Assembly (NCBI GenBank): GCA_937625935.1
Contig: OW569353.1
Span: 496,001-560,000 of the forward strand
Direction: 5' to 3'
DNA: 64,000 bases
Origin: Tetramitus jugosus
Taxonomy: Eukaryota > Protista > Heterolobosea
Part shown: piece by piece, positions 54,637 through 64,000 of the stretch
How positions within the stretch are numbered: position 1 is the first letter of the stretch
Layout of the letters: every line of letters starts with the position of its first letter
Made by a program: the position numbers and the translations under genes
Notes under the pieces: model-generated
What the model was told of the DNA's origin: nothing
Database searches by the model: none
What the model saw: the letters and a program-made list of their open reading frames with translations, nothing else

Positions 54637-55563
54637 TTAATGTTGACACACAATGATGAGATCCGTGCGAAAATGCGAATCGATAAATGTATCCCAACTA
54701 ATTTGCTTCTCTGACCACAAACTCTGAATACGGTGTCTCTGTGGCAGTGCAAGCCCCATGCTTGTAGTTATGACCTGAATGGGATTATCGTGGACACCCA
54801 GTGTATAAGTCATGCATGAATGTTCTGTGCAGTGTACATCAATGAGACTCCTCGTATGGTCGTAAGGAGCAGTGGGAAACCAAAATTTGAGTATCTTGCC
54901 AATCTCGGTCCGATCGTAGCTGGGTTTCGCTAGTGCGACCATGTTAAAGTTGCAGCGGGACGCATGATCTACAAATCCTTGTTTTCGCTTCAACTCAATG
55001 AAGTCCACCAAACAACGCGAGGTGCTCCACAAAAGTGTGCAATTGGTTTGCTCAGTCAACTCCTCCGTGTTGTCCTGTATCAACGAAATGGATAGCACTT
55101 GTGTTCCGTGTTGGTTCTGGAGAAGATGTCCAATATTTTGCTCCATTTTTCTTGGAGAGTGTGCATAGTAGAGGATAATGGTCGCGAACTGAATATCATC
55201 ACCGATTCTACCGATCCAGGTCATTGGTACGCCCGAGGTATTCTTTAAAATGTCCTCAGCTGAGCATGTTACTGCGCCCTGAAGCATTGCAGGAATGAGA
55301 CCTCCTGCATTGGTCAATAATGGTGTCGTAGAACATGTGCCCTCTTCTTCCGCTGTAGATATGGACTTTTCTCGATCGAAGGGTGGTACACGATGCACCA
55401 TTGCAAAGAGCGTCTCGCAAAAGTCCCGATTAGATGAATAGATGTGGATGTAGCGCCTACAGGTTCGGAGATGAAGCAACAATTGTTGTACAAAGTGCGT
55501 CCCAATGGGTGAGTTCAGCTGAGTCACAGCATAAAGGGAGAAGTTATTTCGTGGGAAGAGCAT
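54637..55563 (-). CDS. Hypothetical protein
   Basis: 308-aa ORF, no recognised motif. Confidence 0.55.
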   Translation of the reverse strand: MLFPRNNFSLYAVTQLNSPIGTHFVQQLLLHLRTCRRYIHIYSSNRDFCETLFAMVHRVPPFDREKSISTAEEEGTCSTTPLLTNAGGLIPAMLQGAVTCSAEDILKNTSGVPMTWIGRIGDDIQFATIILYYAHSPRKMEQNIGHLLQNQHGTQVLSISLIQDNTEELTEQTNCTLLWSTSRCLVDFIELKRKQGFVDHASRCNFNMVALAKPSYDRTEIGKILKFWFPTAPYDHTRSLIDVHCTEHSCMTYTLGVHDNPIQVITTSMGLALPQRHRIQSLWSEKQISWDTFIDSHFRTDLIIVCQH

Positions 55564-55633
55564 ACTTGGTTTTTTGTTTTTTTGGGTTGTTCCACGAAGT
55601 CGGTTTTCGAAACGGGATCACACTAACTGTTTT

Positions 55634-57913
55634 TTACTGTGAAGTGGGTGCATTCATTTGCCTAAATGTGGCATCGACGATACCTGTCCTCGTCTCATAG
55701 ACAAACAATCGCATGATACGATTGAAGAAGGTGATTTCATTGGGATTTTCTAGGTATTCCTCACGATTCTCCAGTCCCGATATCTTGACAATACTTATCT
55801 CTGGCACCACTTTTCGAATAATGTTCAAAACTTCAGTCTCTGATGGATAACTGTATCCGTGTTTGAGCTCTAATTGTGACACAACATCTGAGATGATGAT
55901 GGCCACATTTTGCAATAATCCCATGACAGGGTTCTTCTTCTTCAAGTTTCGCTCCATCCAATCACTCAACTTGTCAAACACTTGCCTATGGTAGATCATT
56001 TGATAAATCATTTCCTCTTGATCGATTCTGGATGGGAAGAACAAGTCACCCTTCAGTATTCCAAAATTGAAGATTGTGAGAACTTGCCCCAGTATATTAC
56101 ATGCTCTGACCTTGTCTCCATTGCAATTGCCTTCAGCAATGACATCACAGATCCGGATCAGTGATGTCCACAATTGCTTCCAATCTGTCACAAATCGGAT
56201 TCGGAATTTCTTTGCAAGACACAATATGGCATGTGTCGCTGAGAGAGCCTTACTGTACATTTCCATGGAGAAGTGATGGCGAGTCATGTGATGATTCAAG
56301 AATTGAATCAACAATTCAAACACAATCTTTGCCAATGAACCATGGCCATCACATGATCGCACAGTGAATTGTCCCTTCTCTTTGAAGAATAGTGTAAAAT
56401 CAAGCTTTACATTATTATCAAACATGAAGGATCGGAACACTTTCTTATCGACGAGGCACAGTATAATGATCAGGCAAAAATGAGAATAATACTGTGTCGA
56501 TATGTCTTCGTTTGATGAGTTCTGAGTCGCTGTTATTTGTGTATTGTTCGCATTCTTCACATAATTATTAATATAGTGAGGTTCCTGGAACAAGATGGAG
56601 CAGTACTTTAGAAACTGTTGCAGAATGAGAGGACAACCCCTAACATTTCCACCTCTACCGCGCTCATCCAACCGATCCATCACATCAGCACTCGTCTCTC
56701 TTTCGATTCTTCGTTGATTGTCTTCATTCGCTGCAATACTCGCAAGAGATCGAGTCAACAATCCCACAAAATTCTCATTGACATGAATGAGCTCGTACAA
56801 CATGAGAAGCATGGCACTCACTTGTTTGACATCCTTTGGTTTTGCAGCTCCAGCACTAGCGCTACTCGTCGTTGTCGTCGCAGTCGCAGAAGAGAACAAA
56901 CTGTTCCAAACATAGGTAAAAATCGATGCATTCGCTGCTACAGTCATCTCAAACGAACTTGTCCACACGCTCAAATATCTCGTAATCACATCACTAAACG
57001 CCATCAACACTGCAGGCTGCTCAATCTTCTTCAAATGCGCCAAATAAATATTCTCCTTCATACTCTCATACTTTCTATAATTGACTAGAATGCTGAGACA
57101 AACAAGCGCATTCTTCTTCATCTTCATACTCGTCTGTTGTGACATGAGAACATGAACCAAACTGTCGTACACATCAACCAACATGAAATAATCAATCAAC
57201 GCATTCTGATTCACATTCTCCTGACCCGTCAACAAAATGACAAACAGTGCCAGAGCCAACTGCTGCACCTTACTATTCTTCTCCTGCACAATACACTCAC
57301 AACACTGAACAATCAACTTTTTAAAATAATCATCTGCATTCTGCAATCCACTCACCATATTCAAAATGTTCAGCACTGAAAAGGAAGAAGATGAACTACC
57401 ACCACCACTAGAGCTACTACCCATATTCGAACTTGAAAAATTCGAAGCCACAAATGAATTTCCACCTTTTCTAAACAATGACTGAAACAAGACACACAGA
57501 GTCAACAGTGCATTGATGCGTCTCGTATAAGACACATTGACCACATGTTTCAACAAGTTTAAAAACAGTGGATTCAGTATGCTTCTCTGCATGGACAACA
57601 ATTCTTCTTCACTGGTCAACTGGATGCAATCTTCGAGGTATTTTGTGTTGACTTTGAGCAGAAAAAGTTCATCCCAAAATTCAACATTTTCCACCCTGTG
57701 ATGATTGTCGTTATCACCATTTGATGATAATGATGAAGGTTTTTGAAAGATGGGTTGATTGTTGAACAATTGTTCATAGATGCTTACGAATTTTTCCTTG
57801 TGTGAGGAGGCACTGGGAGGTGAATCACCTGTTATGCTTGTGGTGGTTGACGACGCCGCGTTCGTGGAGTGATCCGAATGGTTACTGCTGTTACTCAACA
57901 GACCGAAAATCAT
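55634..57913 (-). CDS. ARMH3: ARMH3/UPF0668 (DUF1741) armadillo-like protein
   Basis: KEKFVSIYEQLF, FWDELFLLKVN, TGQENVNQNALIDYFM, LVNYRKYE, GDLFFPS. Confidence 0.8.
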   Translation of the reverse strand: MIFGLLSNSSNHSDHSTNAASSTTTSITGDSPPSASSHKEKFVSIYEQLFNNQPIFQKPSSLSSNGDNDNHHRVENVEFWDELFLLKVNTKYLEDCIQLTSEEELLSMQRSILNPLFLNLLKHVVNVSYTRRINALLTLCVLFQSLFRKGGNSFVASNFSSSNMGSSSSGGGSSSSSFSVLNILNMVSGLQNADDYFKKLIVQCCECIVQEKNSKVQQLALALFVILLTGQENVNQNALIDYFMLVDVYDSLVHVLMSQQTSMKMKKNALVCLSILVNYRKYESMKENIYLAHLKKIEQPAVLMAFSDVITRYLSVWTSSFEMTVAANASIFTYVWNSLFSSATATTTTSSASAGAAKPKDVKQVSAMLLMLYELIHVNENFVGLLTRSLASIAANEDNQRRIERETSADVMDRLDERGRGGNVRGCPLILQQFLKYCSILFQEPHYINNYVKNANNTQITATQNSSNEDISTQYYSHFCLIIILCLVDKKVFRSFMFDNNVKLDFTLFFKEKGQFTVRSCDGHGSLAKIVFELLIQFLNHHMTRHHFSMEMYSKALSATHAILCLAKKFRIRFVTDWKQLWTSLIRICDVIAEGNCNGDKVRACNILGQVLTIFNFGILKGDLFFPSRIDQEEMIYQMIYHRQVFDKLSDWMERNLKKKNPVMGLLQNVAIIISDVVSQLELKHGYSYPSETEVLNIIRKVVPEISIVKISGLENREEYLENPNEITFFNRIMRLFVYETRTGIVDATFRQMNAPTSQ

Positions 57914-58521
57914 GATTGTCGTTCGTTGGTTGGCTTTTTTTTTCTCGTTGAACACGTGGTTTGTGTTTGATGTGGGTAAGTTTTTTGGTTGATGACGGTT
58001 TGGGAAGGTAATGAGTGTAGTGGTGATGTGAATGTTTATTATACAATGTTGGACTCCTTCTCTTTGTAGTCTAGATAGGTTCGCATGATTCCATCCGAGT
58101 AGTTCTTTTCTGGGAGAGGTAGGTGAGCTCGTTTTTTCAAGTATTTGGTCATACCCTTACTGAGTTGCTTGGCTCTTTGATACACGACCAAGCCAGCTAA
58201 TTTGTTTGCTGAGAAGGAACCTAGGTTGCAAATGTGGATTTGGGAGAACAAAGTTCTCTCTTCGTCAATCTTTCGCAATGTATATACAATGATATCTTTC
58301 ATCTCACAAGTTGTTCCTCCATCTGGGATGTAGGGCTTTGCTATGCTCACTGCCTCGTGTTTCTTTACTCGATACTATAATGTAAAGATGGCATCCCTTG
58401 GAGGAAGTAAAAAACGAGAGAATAGAAAGAAGGGGAAACAATAGATGGGTTCAGATCAAAAGCGGACAGCTATTTACAAAAAAGGGATCGAAATTGGGCG
58501 AGTTCTGGCTAAATATTTCCT

Positions 58522-59436
58522 TCAGAGCTCCAACAGCTGACTAACAACTTTTGTTAGATCACCAGCATTCTTTTGGAGGAGGAACTTGTTGAAGTCGACA
58601 TTTGGGAAGCCCATGGCGACGAGAGAGTTGAGTTGATTCTCATATTCGAACACTTCTTCAGTGTCCATTTGTGGCTCATCCATAACGATTTCATTGGTCT
58701 CTTCAGTTGCCTCCACTGGAGTTTCTTCTCTTGCTTCTTCTGGTCTTGTTTGAATGTTCTCTTCCATAGATACATCCTCGTCAACCAAGTGATTGTCGTT
58801 GACCACAGTAGGGATGTTAACAGGTTGCACTTCTTGGACAGTCTCCTTCTCCATGTTCTTCTTCTTTTCAGCTCTATTGAAACCAAAGCGATGACCACGT
58901 CTTCCATGACACATGAACAATGGACGGTCATTCACATCCATGTTTCTTGGTGGCATACCAGTGTGTGGTCTTGGGTGACCATGATGGCATCGATTGACAG
59001 AGTGTCTGCCATGGTGGTGGTGATGAGCATGATGATGGTGAGGATGATGCTGAGAGTGGTGCGGGTGATGAGGATGGTGGTGTGGGTGGTGCGGGTGATG
59101 CTGGTGATGAGGATGAGGATGGTGGTGACCTTCATGACCATTCTCCTTGGACAAATAGTGGCACTTGAACTTCAATGTCTGAGAGTTAGAAGCTTGTTGC
59201 ATAGTGTTCAAAGCAAAGTTCCACTCTGCCTCAGTGGAAATGGTCACCCATTCAGATTCCTCATCCAGATATTGAACGTTTGTGTCATAATTGGCTGCAC
59301 GAGTATAGAAAGGAGCACTTTCATACATGTCTCTCAATTGTTTGACGAATGATTGGAATGAGTCTTGAGTGTTCATCTGAATTCTTCTAATGTCATTTCC
59401 AGGGTGCAGGTAAATCTTGGTGTGTACGAGTGGCAT
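58522..59436 (-). CDS. p62/NBR1-like PB1-UBA protein with His-rich linker
   Basis: PB1 (DIRR...QYLDEESEWVTISTEAEW); UBA (QLNSLVAMGF...LLQKNAGDL..VV); poly-His region. Confidence 0.82.
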   Translation of the reverse strand: MPLVHTKIYLHPGNDIRRIQMNTQDSFQSFVKQLRDMYESAPFYTRAANYDTNVQYLDEESEWVTISTEAEWNFALNTMQQASNSQTLKFKCHYLSKENGHEGHHHPHPHHQHHPHHPHHHPHHPHHSQHHPHHHHAHHHHHGRHSVNRCHHGHPRPHTGMPPRNMDVNDRPLFMCHGRRGHRFGFNRAEKKKNMEKETVQEVQPVNIPTVVNDNHLVDEDVSMEENIQTRPEEAREETPVEATEETNEIVMDEPQMDTEEVFEYENQLNSLVAMGFPNVDFNKFLLQKNAGDLTKVVSQLLEL

Positions 59437-59730
59437 GGTTGTTGTTATTCTAAGTTATTGGTGTGTTGGGTTGTTATCTTTTGTTGTTGCAGTGTTGTGA
59501 ATCTCAAAACCAATTTATAGTGAGTGAGAAGGTTGAAGAGAGCCTCCACGAACTGTGCGTTTTTCTGCCATTGCGGGAATTGCAGGAATTCCTCGGAAAA
59601 AACCAAAAATAACTTGGGACATCCATTACCAAACTGGACGACAGGTTTCCCTGTACGGAAAAAAATATTGAGCGCGATTTGATCAATTATCTCATCTTAC
59701 AACAACAATTTCATTGAATATTATTACTCT

Positions 59731-61287
59731 CTATTCTGCCAACAGCCAACGAGGAAATCCAAACAGAATCAGGGAAGCTCTTACAACTAGAGCAATCATT
59801 GAGAGGAATAGAAACATCAACATGAACCAAGCAACCAAGCGTTGAGTAATTTTTCTCTTTGGAAATCCACCTGTGACAAGACTCCACTTTGTCACGTAGT
59901 ACAGGAGAAATGATACAGCACCAGATAAGATACCAATTCCTGCCTTGATTGGTGAAAATCCACCCGTTAGTTCGAACATCCTAAGCACTGAAGGATGTCC
60001 ACCAATTATGATGACAATGACTAACAATATGAGAGCAATGGTAAACTTGATTCCACCAATACCCAAAACAACGGCCACAATTGTTCCATTCAAGGAAGAA
60101 GTCACTAGAGGTGTACCATGAAAGAGAGTATCATTGGTTGTTGTCGGAGCGTTGACAAGAGACTCTATGGTATCGCCACCATACATTATCATTGGTAGCA
60201 AAGATCTGGAAATCGCCAAGGTGATTGACAAAATGGCTAACAATAAGTTGTTTAGCATTAAATCTCTTGTGATTACACAACTGGCAAACACGACCACCCA
60301 AGTGATAAAAGAGACATTGTACAGTCGCTTTCCATGAGTCGAATCCATATCCAGAGGCGTTGTCATTGATCCATACTTGAATGTCATAAAGCATGAAAAC
60401 AGTATCCACGCCTGTAAAAATACATTAGCAATCATGTACCACTTTTGATCTACATAGTTAGCCAAACCACAAATAATCAAGGAGAAACACATGACTGTTG
60501 TAATGAGGTAACTTCCTGCATCCAAACATTTCCTCTTGATCATGTACGTCTCTTGAATTGGCACAAAAGGTGGCTGGACTTTTGGATTCACGAACATCCA
60601 GGTCAAAATTCTCACATAGCTCAAAAGCAAATGCACTCCATCCAGCAAAACATCCAAAAAGGTCAAATCAGCATCTTCATCCTCCTCAGTCTTCTTCTCG
60701 TCACTCTCTGCACCTTCTTCACCATTCCACCCATCTCCTATCTTTTCATAACCAGCACTATTGTAGTATTTGCCTTTGGTTGCTCTTTTACGCCTTCTCC
60801 TTGTCGAATACAGCGAATTCTTCCAATTGTAAAACTCCATTGCTCTACTCACATAAATATCTCGATAATTGCGGTCTCCAATTCGAATCACATGATCTCC
60901 TTCATTCATATCCTTTAGTTCTTGTTGATTGGCAGTCGCCGTATGATTCGATCCATAATCCACTGATATCCACGACAAATCACCACCCTGCTCATCAGCA
61001 TTCTGCATCATTTCTCTACCCTCATTCACTGCAGAAGGGTTTTCTCTTGTTTCATCTACTGCTTGAGTCGATTGACTGCCATCTTGCATCATGTTCACAA
61101 AATCAGATTCCAACAAGCTCTTCCACAGAGAATTATTCCCATTGTTGTTTGTTGCATCAGTCAAGCAATGATAAAAGTGTCTATTGGTGCAAGAGAGAGC
61201 ACAAACATCTCTTCCTCGAACAAATGTCAACATGTTGTCAATGACCAAGTGATCTGGCAAATCTTCCAGTTGATCCAATGTGTCCAT
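59731..61287 (-). CDS. F-box protein with multi-pass membrane C-terminus
   Basis: LEDLPDHLVIDNMLTFV..RDVCALSCTNR; about 8 hydrophobic segments. Confidence 0.75.
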   Translation of the reverse strand: MDTLDQLEDLPDHLVIDNMLTFVRGRDVCALSCTNRHFYHCLTDATNNNGNNSLWKSLLESDFVNMMQDGSQSTQAVDETRENPSAVNEGREMMQNADEQGGDLSWISVDYGSNHTATANQQELKDMNEGDHVIRIGDRNYRDIYVSRAMEFYNWKNSLYSTRRRRKRATKGKYYNSAGYEKIGDGWNGEEGAESDEKKTEEDEDADLTFLDVLLDGVHLLLSYVRILTWMFVNPKVQPPFVPIQETYMIKRKCLDAGSYLITTVMCFSLIICGLANYVDQKWYMIANVFLQAWILFSCFMTFKYGSMTTPLDMDSTHGKRLYNVSFITWVVVFASCVITRDLMLNNLLLAILSITLAISRSLLPMIMYGGDTIESLVNAPTTTNDTLFHGTPLVTSSLNGTIVAVVLGIGGIKFTIALILLVIVIIIGGHPSVLRMFELTGGFSPIKAGIGILSGAVSFLLYYVTKWSLVTGGFPKRKITQRLVAWFMLMFLFLSMIALVVRASLILFGFPRWLLAE

Positions 61288-61574
61288 GGTGTTCTCGCTT
61301 TTGTTGTTTGTTTTTGGGCAGTTCGCTTGTGGGCGAAATAAGATCTCCTCGGGTAAAAAAAAACACTTGGCTCACAATGCGAACTTCATTCCATGAGGCA
61401 ATTGGAAGGTATTCGAATTGTCATTGGTATGTCCAGATAAACGTGAATGATTGTATAAAGTACTCTGATCTCCATCCATCCATCCATACACTCCAACAAC
61501 CCAAACTTGCAAGTTAATTTTGGTTTCATTCAAAAAAGAATCATAAAAACAGAAACAAACAAAAGGAATCAATC

Positions 61575-63350
61575 ATGACTTTTCCATCGTCGTCAACCAC
61601 TGTCTCACTGGTATCACTACTACTTATTGTAACTATTGTTTTATTGTCCGTTGCTGGTACTCATCATCAGCAACAAGATCTTGAGCAACAACAACACCCG
61701 TATCAAAATATCAATGAAATGATTGGTGATCCAAATGCAGGTGCTGCTGACATGATTCACCACACAAGCCAAAGGGACTCCTTCATGATGATGGACGACA
61801 GTGTCTTTGAAGCTAGTGTCTTGAATACTCTTGCTTCACAATCAAAGGCTCACAGCAGTAGTAGTAGTTCATCGCCAACAGAGACGACAAGAACCATTTG
61901 GAAACACTTTTTCAATCTGTCTCGTATCCCTCGTCCCAGTACCGATACAGCAAGGGTCAATCTGTATCTACGCGAGTTTGCAAACAAGCACGGGTTTTCA
62001 ATCGAGGAAGACTCGGCTCAGAATGTGGTGATTCGAGTGCCTGCAACTGTGCCTGAATTGGTCAATGCACCTAGTGTTGTCATTCAAGCACATTCGGATA
62101 TGGTGCCAGAGGCTGATCAGGGAATTGATTTTGATTTTCATCGTGATGCTATTCGATTGATGTTGTCAGAGGATGGTCAGTGGTTGACAGCCAATGGCAC
62201 AACTTTGGGAGCAGACAATGGAATTGGTGTCGCTGTTGCACTTGCGTTGGCCACTGATGTCAGTGTGAAGAGAGGTCCGTTGGAATTGTTGATTACAACA
62301 GATGAAGAGATTGGTATGGTGTCGGCAATGAAGATGAAACCGGGAATGTTGTCCAGTCGGTTCATGATCAATTTGGATACGGATGAGAGAGATGCTTTTT
62401 ATATTGGATGTGCAGGTGGAGTGAGTAACAAGGGAATATTGAGTTTAAAGACAGAGTTGATAACAGATCAGAGCATGACTCCATACCAATTGACTGTGAC
62501 GGGTTTGCTGGGAGGACACTCGGGTGTCGATATTCACTTGCAACGTGCCAATGCGATCAAGGTCATGACTCGATTACTTTCTGGAATGCAAGACGATAGT
62601 ATCGAATATCAAATCGTTTCAATTAATGCTGGATTTGCTCACAATGTGATAGCACGTCAAAGTTTTGTCACTCTTGTCATGCAGGAGAAGAACGAGTCGA
62701 AGTTGAAATCAATTGTCCAAAAATTGTTGGAAGAGGTGAAATTGGAGTATGCTCACACTGATCCAGATTTACATATCATGTTTGAGAAAGACAGCACCAC
62801 TGTTCGTCCCATTACTGCATTCAAATCCTGTTGCTCGAAGAAACTTGTTCGATTGTTGAGTGCATTGCCTCATGGAGTCATTCGTATGTCTCTAGACATG
62901 CCTGGACTGGTAGAAACGAGCACTAATCTCGCAGTAGTGAAAACTGAAGGCAATACTGTCACAATTGTTACATCACAAAGATCTTTTATTCAATCTGGCA
63001 AGGTGGACACTGCTCAATCAGTACAAGCAACATTTGCTCTGGCTGGAGCTGATGTGCAAACTGAAGGTGACTACCCTGGATGGAAGCCAAATCCAGATTC
63101 CAAAATTGTAAAAATTAGCAAAGAGGTGTTCCGCTCAAAGTACGGCAAAGATCCTCGTTTGTTGGCCATCCATGCCGGTTTGGAAACTGGTGTATTTTTC
63201 GAGCAGTATCCAGACATGGATATTATTGCCTTTGGACCTGAACTTCAAGGAGCTCACAGTCCATCAGAGAAAGTCAAAATTGAAGATGTACCTTATGTCT
63301 ATGACCTTGCAAGAAGTATCATTGAACACATATCCAACACTAACCTATAA
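61575..63350 (+). CDS. pepD: M20C aminoacyl-histidine dipeptidase (PepD-like) with signal peptide
   Basis: SRIPRPS, QAHSDMV, GTTLGADNGIG, DEEIG, INLD, GGHSG.DIH, VETSTNL, YPGWKP, IHAGLE, AHSPSE. Confidence 0.92.
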   Translation: MTFPSSSTTVSLVSLLLIVTIVLLSVAGTHHQQQDLEQQQHPYQNINEMIGDPNAGAADMIHHTSQRDSFMMMDDSVFEASVLNTLASQSKAHSSSSSSSPTETTRTIWKHFFNLSRIPRPSTDTARVNLYLREFANKHGFSIEEDSAQNVVIRVPATVPELVNAPSVVIQAHSDMVPEADQGIDFDFHRDAIRLMLSEDGQWLTANGTTLGADNGIGVAVALALATDVSVKRGPLELLITTDEEIGMVSAMKMKPGMLSSRFMINLDTDERDAFYIGCAGGVSNKGILSLKTELITDQSMTPYQLTVTGLLGGHSGVDIHLQRANAIKVMTRLLSGMQDDSIEYQIVSINAGFAHNVIARQSFVTLVMQEKNESKLKSIVQKLLEEVKLEYAHTDPDLHIMFEKDSTTVRPITAFKSCCSKKLVRLLSALPHGVIRMSLDMPGLVETSTNLAVVKTEGNTVTIVTSQRSFIQSGKVDTAQSVQATFALAGADVQTEGDYPGWKPNPDSKIVKISKEVFRSKYGKDPRLLAIHAGLETGVFFEQYPDMDIIAFGPELQGAHSPSEKVKIEDVPYVYDLARSIIEHISNTNL

Positions 63351-63551
63351 ATGGTCCTGATTGGGACAAGTGTTACTTTTCTTTCACAGTGTTGTCATTC
63401 ACTCGATCGCGGAGATTTTGTGTCCATTCAAGCGATTCCTGCATATACCTGCAGTCTTCCAAAAATTAAGGTAAGATCTTATCTCACACAACGTTTGCAA
63501 TTAGCAACAATATCTGAGACAACAAGAGGGGAATGAGGAACAAAACCCAAA

Positions 63552-63671
63552 AGCCTACATTACTGAGGGTTCTCGAGTAGTCTCCTATCTCAATACTAAC
63601 TCAGCCAGATGGTGCTTAACTTCTCTATTCGAAATGGGAAGAGGTGGTTCCACCATTGTATGAACGTAGAC
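63552..63671 (-). rRNA. 5S rRNA: 5S rRNA, copy 3
   Basis: Identical 120-nt sequence to copies 1 and 2; T4 terminator. Confidence 0.95.
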
Positions 63672-64000
63672 ACTCTATTGGTGAAAATGAACTATTTCCA
63701 CGTTTTTGGGTCGCGTAGCTGGTTTTTGGCGTAGTAGCGGGCTAATAAATGCCAAATTGAATTATTTCTAGGTTTTTAACCGATGGAAGAGCTGCTGGTA
63801 GGACTAGTGGGTAAAGAAGAGGATCAGAAGGAGGTACTGATGAAAGAAATGGTAGTGTATGGCCGCAAGAAGAGGGAAACCAAAGTTAAAGATTAGTTAA
63901 TGCAATGGAAAGATCTTGCATCAAGCGAATGTGTAAAGTCTGGAAAGACTCGATAGCGATGAGGCCTGTACGACATCTCAATACTGTGAGTATTGAATAA

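Noticed and set aside
58039-58350. 103-aa minus-strand ORF
   Set aside because: No ATG or recognisable domain; may be a gene remnant
58573-59352. 259-aa + strand ORF
   Set aside because: Antisense shadow of the His-rich p62-like gene
63700-64000. Possible second insertion upstream of 5S copy 3
   Set aside because: No similarity to the 5316-5671 insert and no TSD or poly(A) visible before the window ends

Overview
Gene-dense eukaryotic nuclear DNA, most consistent with a free-living amoeba or protist of the Naegleria/heterolobosean type. This is an inference from compact genes, short GT-AG introns with CTAAC-like branch points, N/Q/H homopeptide tracts and many F-box fusions. It carries about 30 protein-coding genes, including ALKBH1, a Siw14-type phosphatase, an SDR, an F-box-Rho GTPase, a Dsc3-like protein, a Rad21/Rec8 kleisin, a PB1-MAP3K, a USP, eEF2, a Vip1-like kinase, AP-3 beta, TAD2, ARMH3, a p62-like protein and PepD. 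It also holds three identical dispersed 5S rRNA genes, one tRNA-Pro(UGG) and a decayed block (~26.6-34.5 kb) with a broken CACTA/EnSpm-like transposon and gene remnants. The two most striking observations are: (1) a 356-bp poly(A)-tailed insertion with a perfect 17-bp target-site duplication and 3' stem-loops, ~50 bp upstream of a 5S gene, reminiscent of Pol III-targeted retroelements; (2) a USP47-like deubiquitinase whose N-terminus looks like cullin-1 repeat 1, i.e. a possible 'reverse SCF' scaffold. All protein family calls come from motif recognition by eye; no searches were run.
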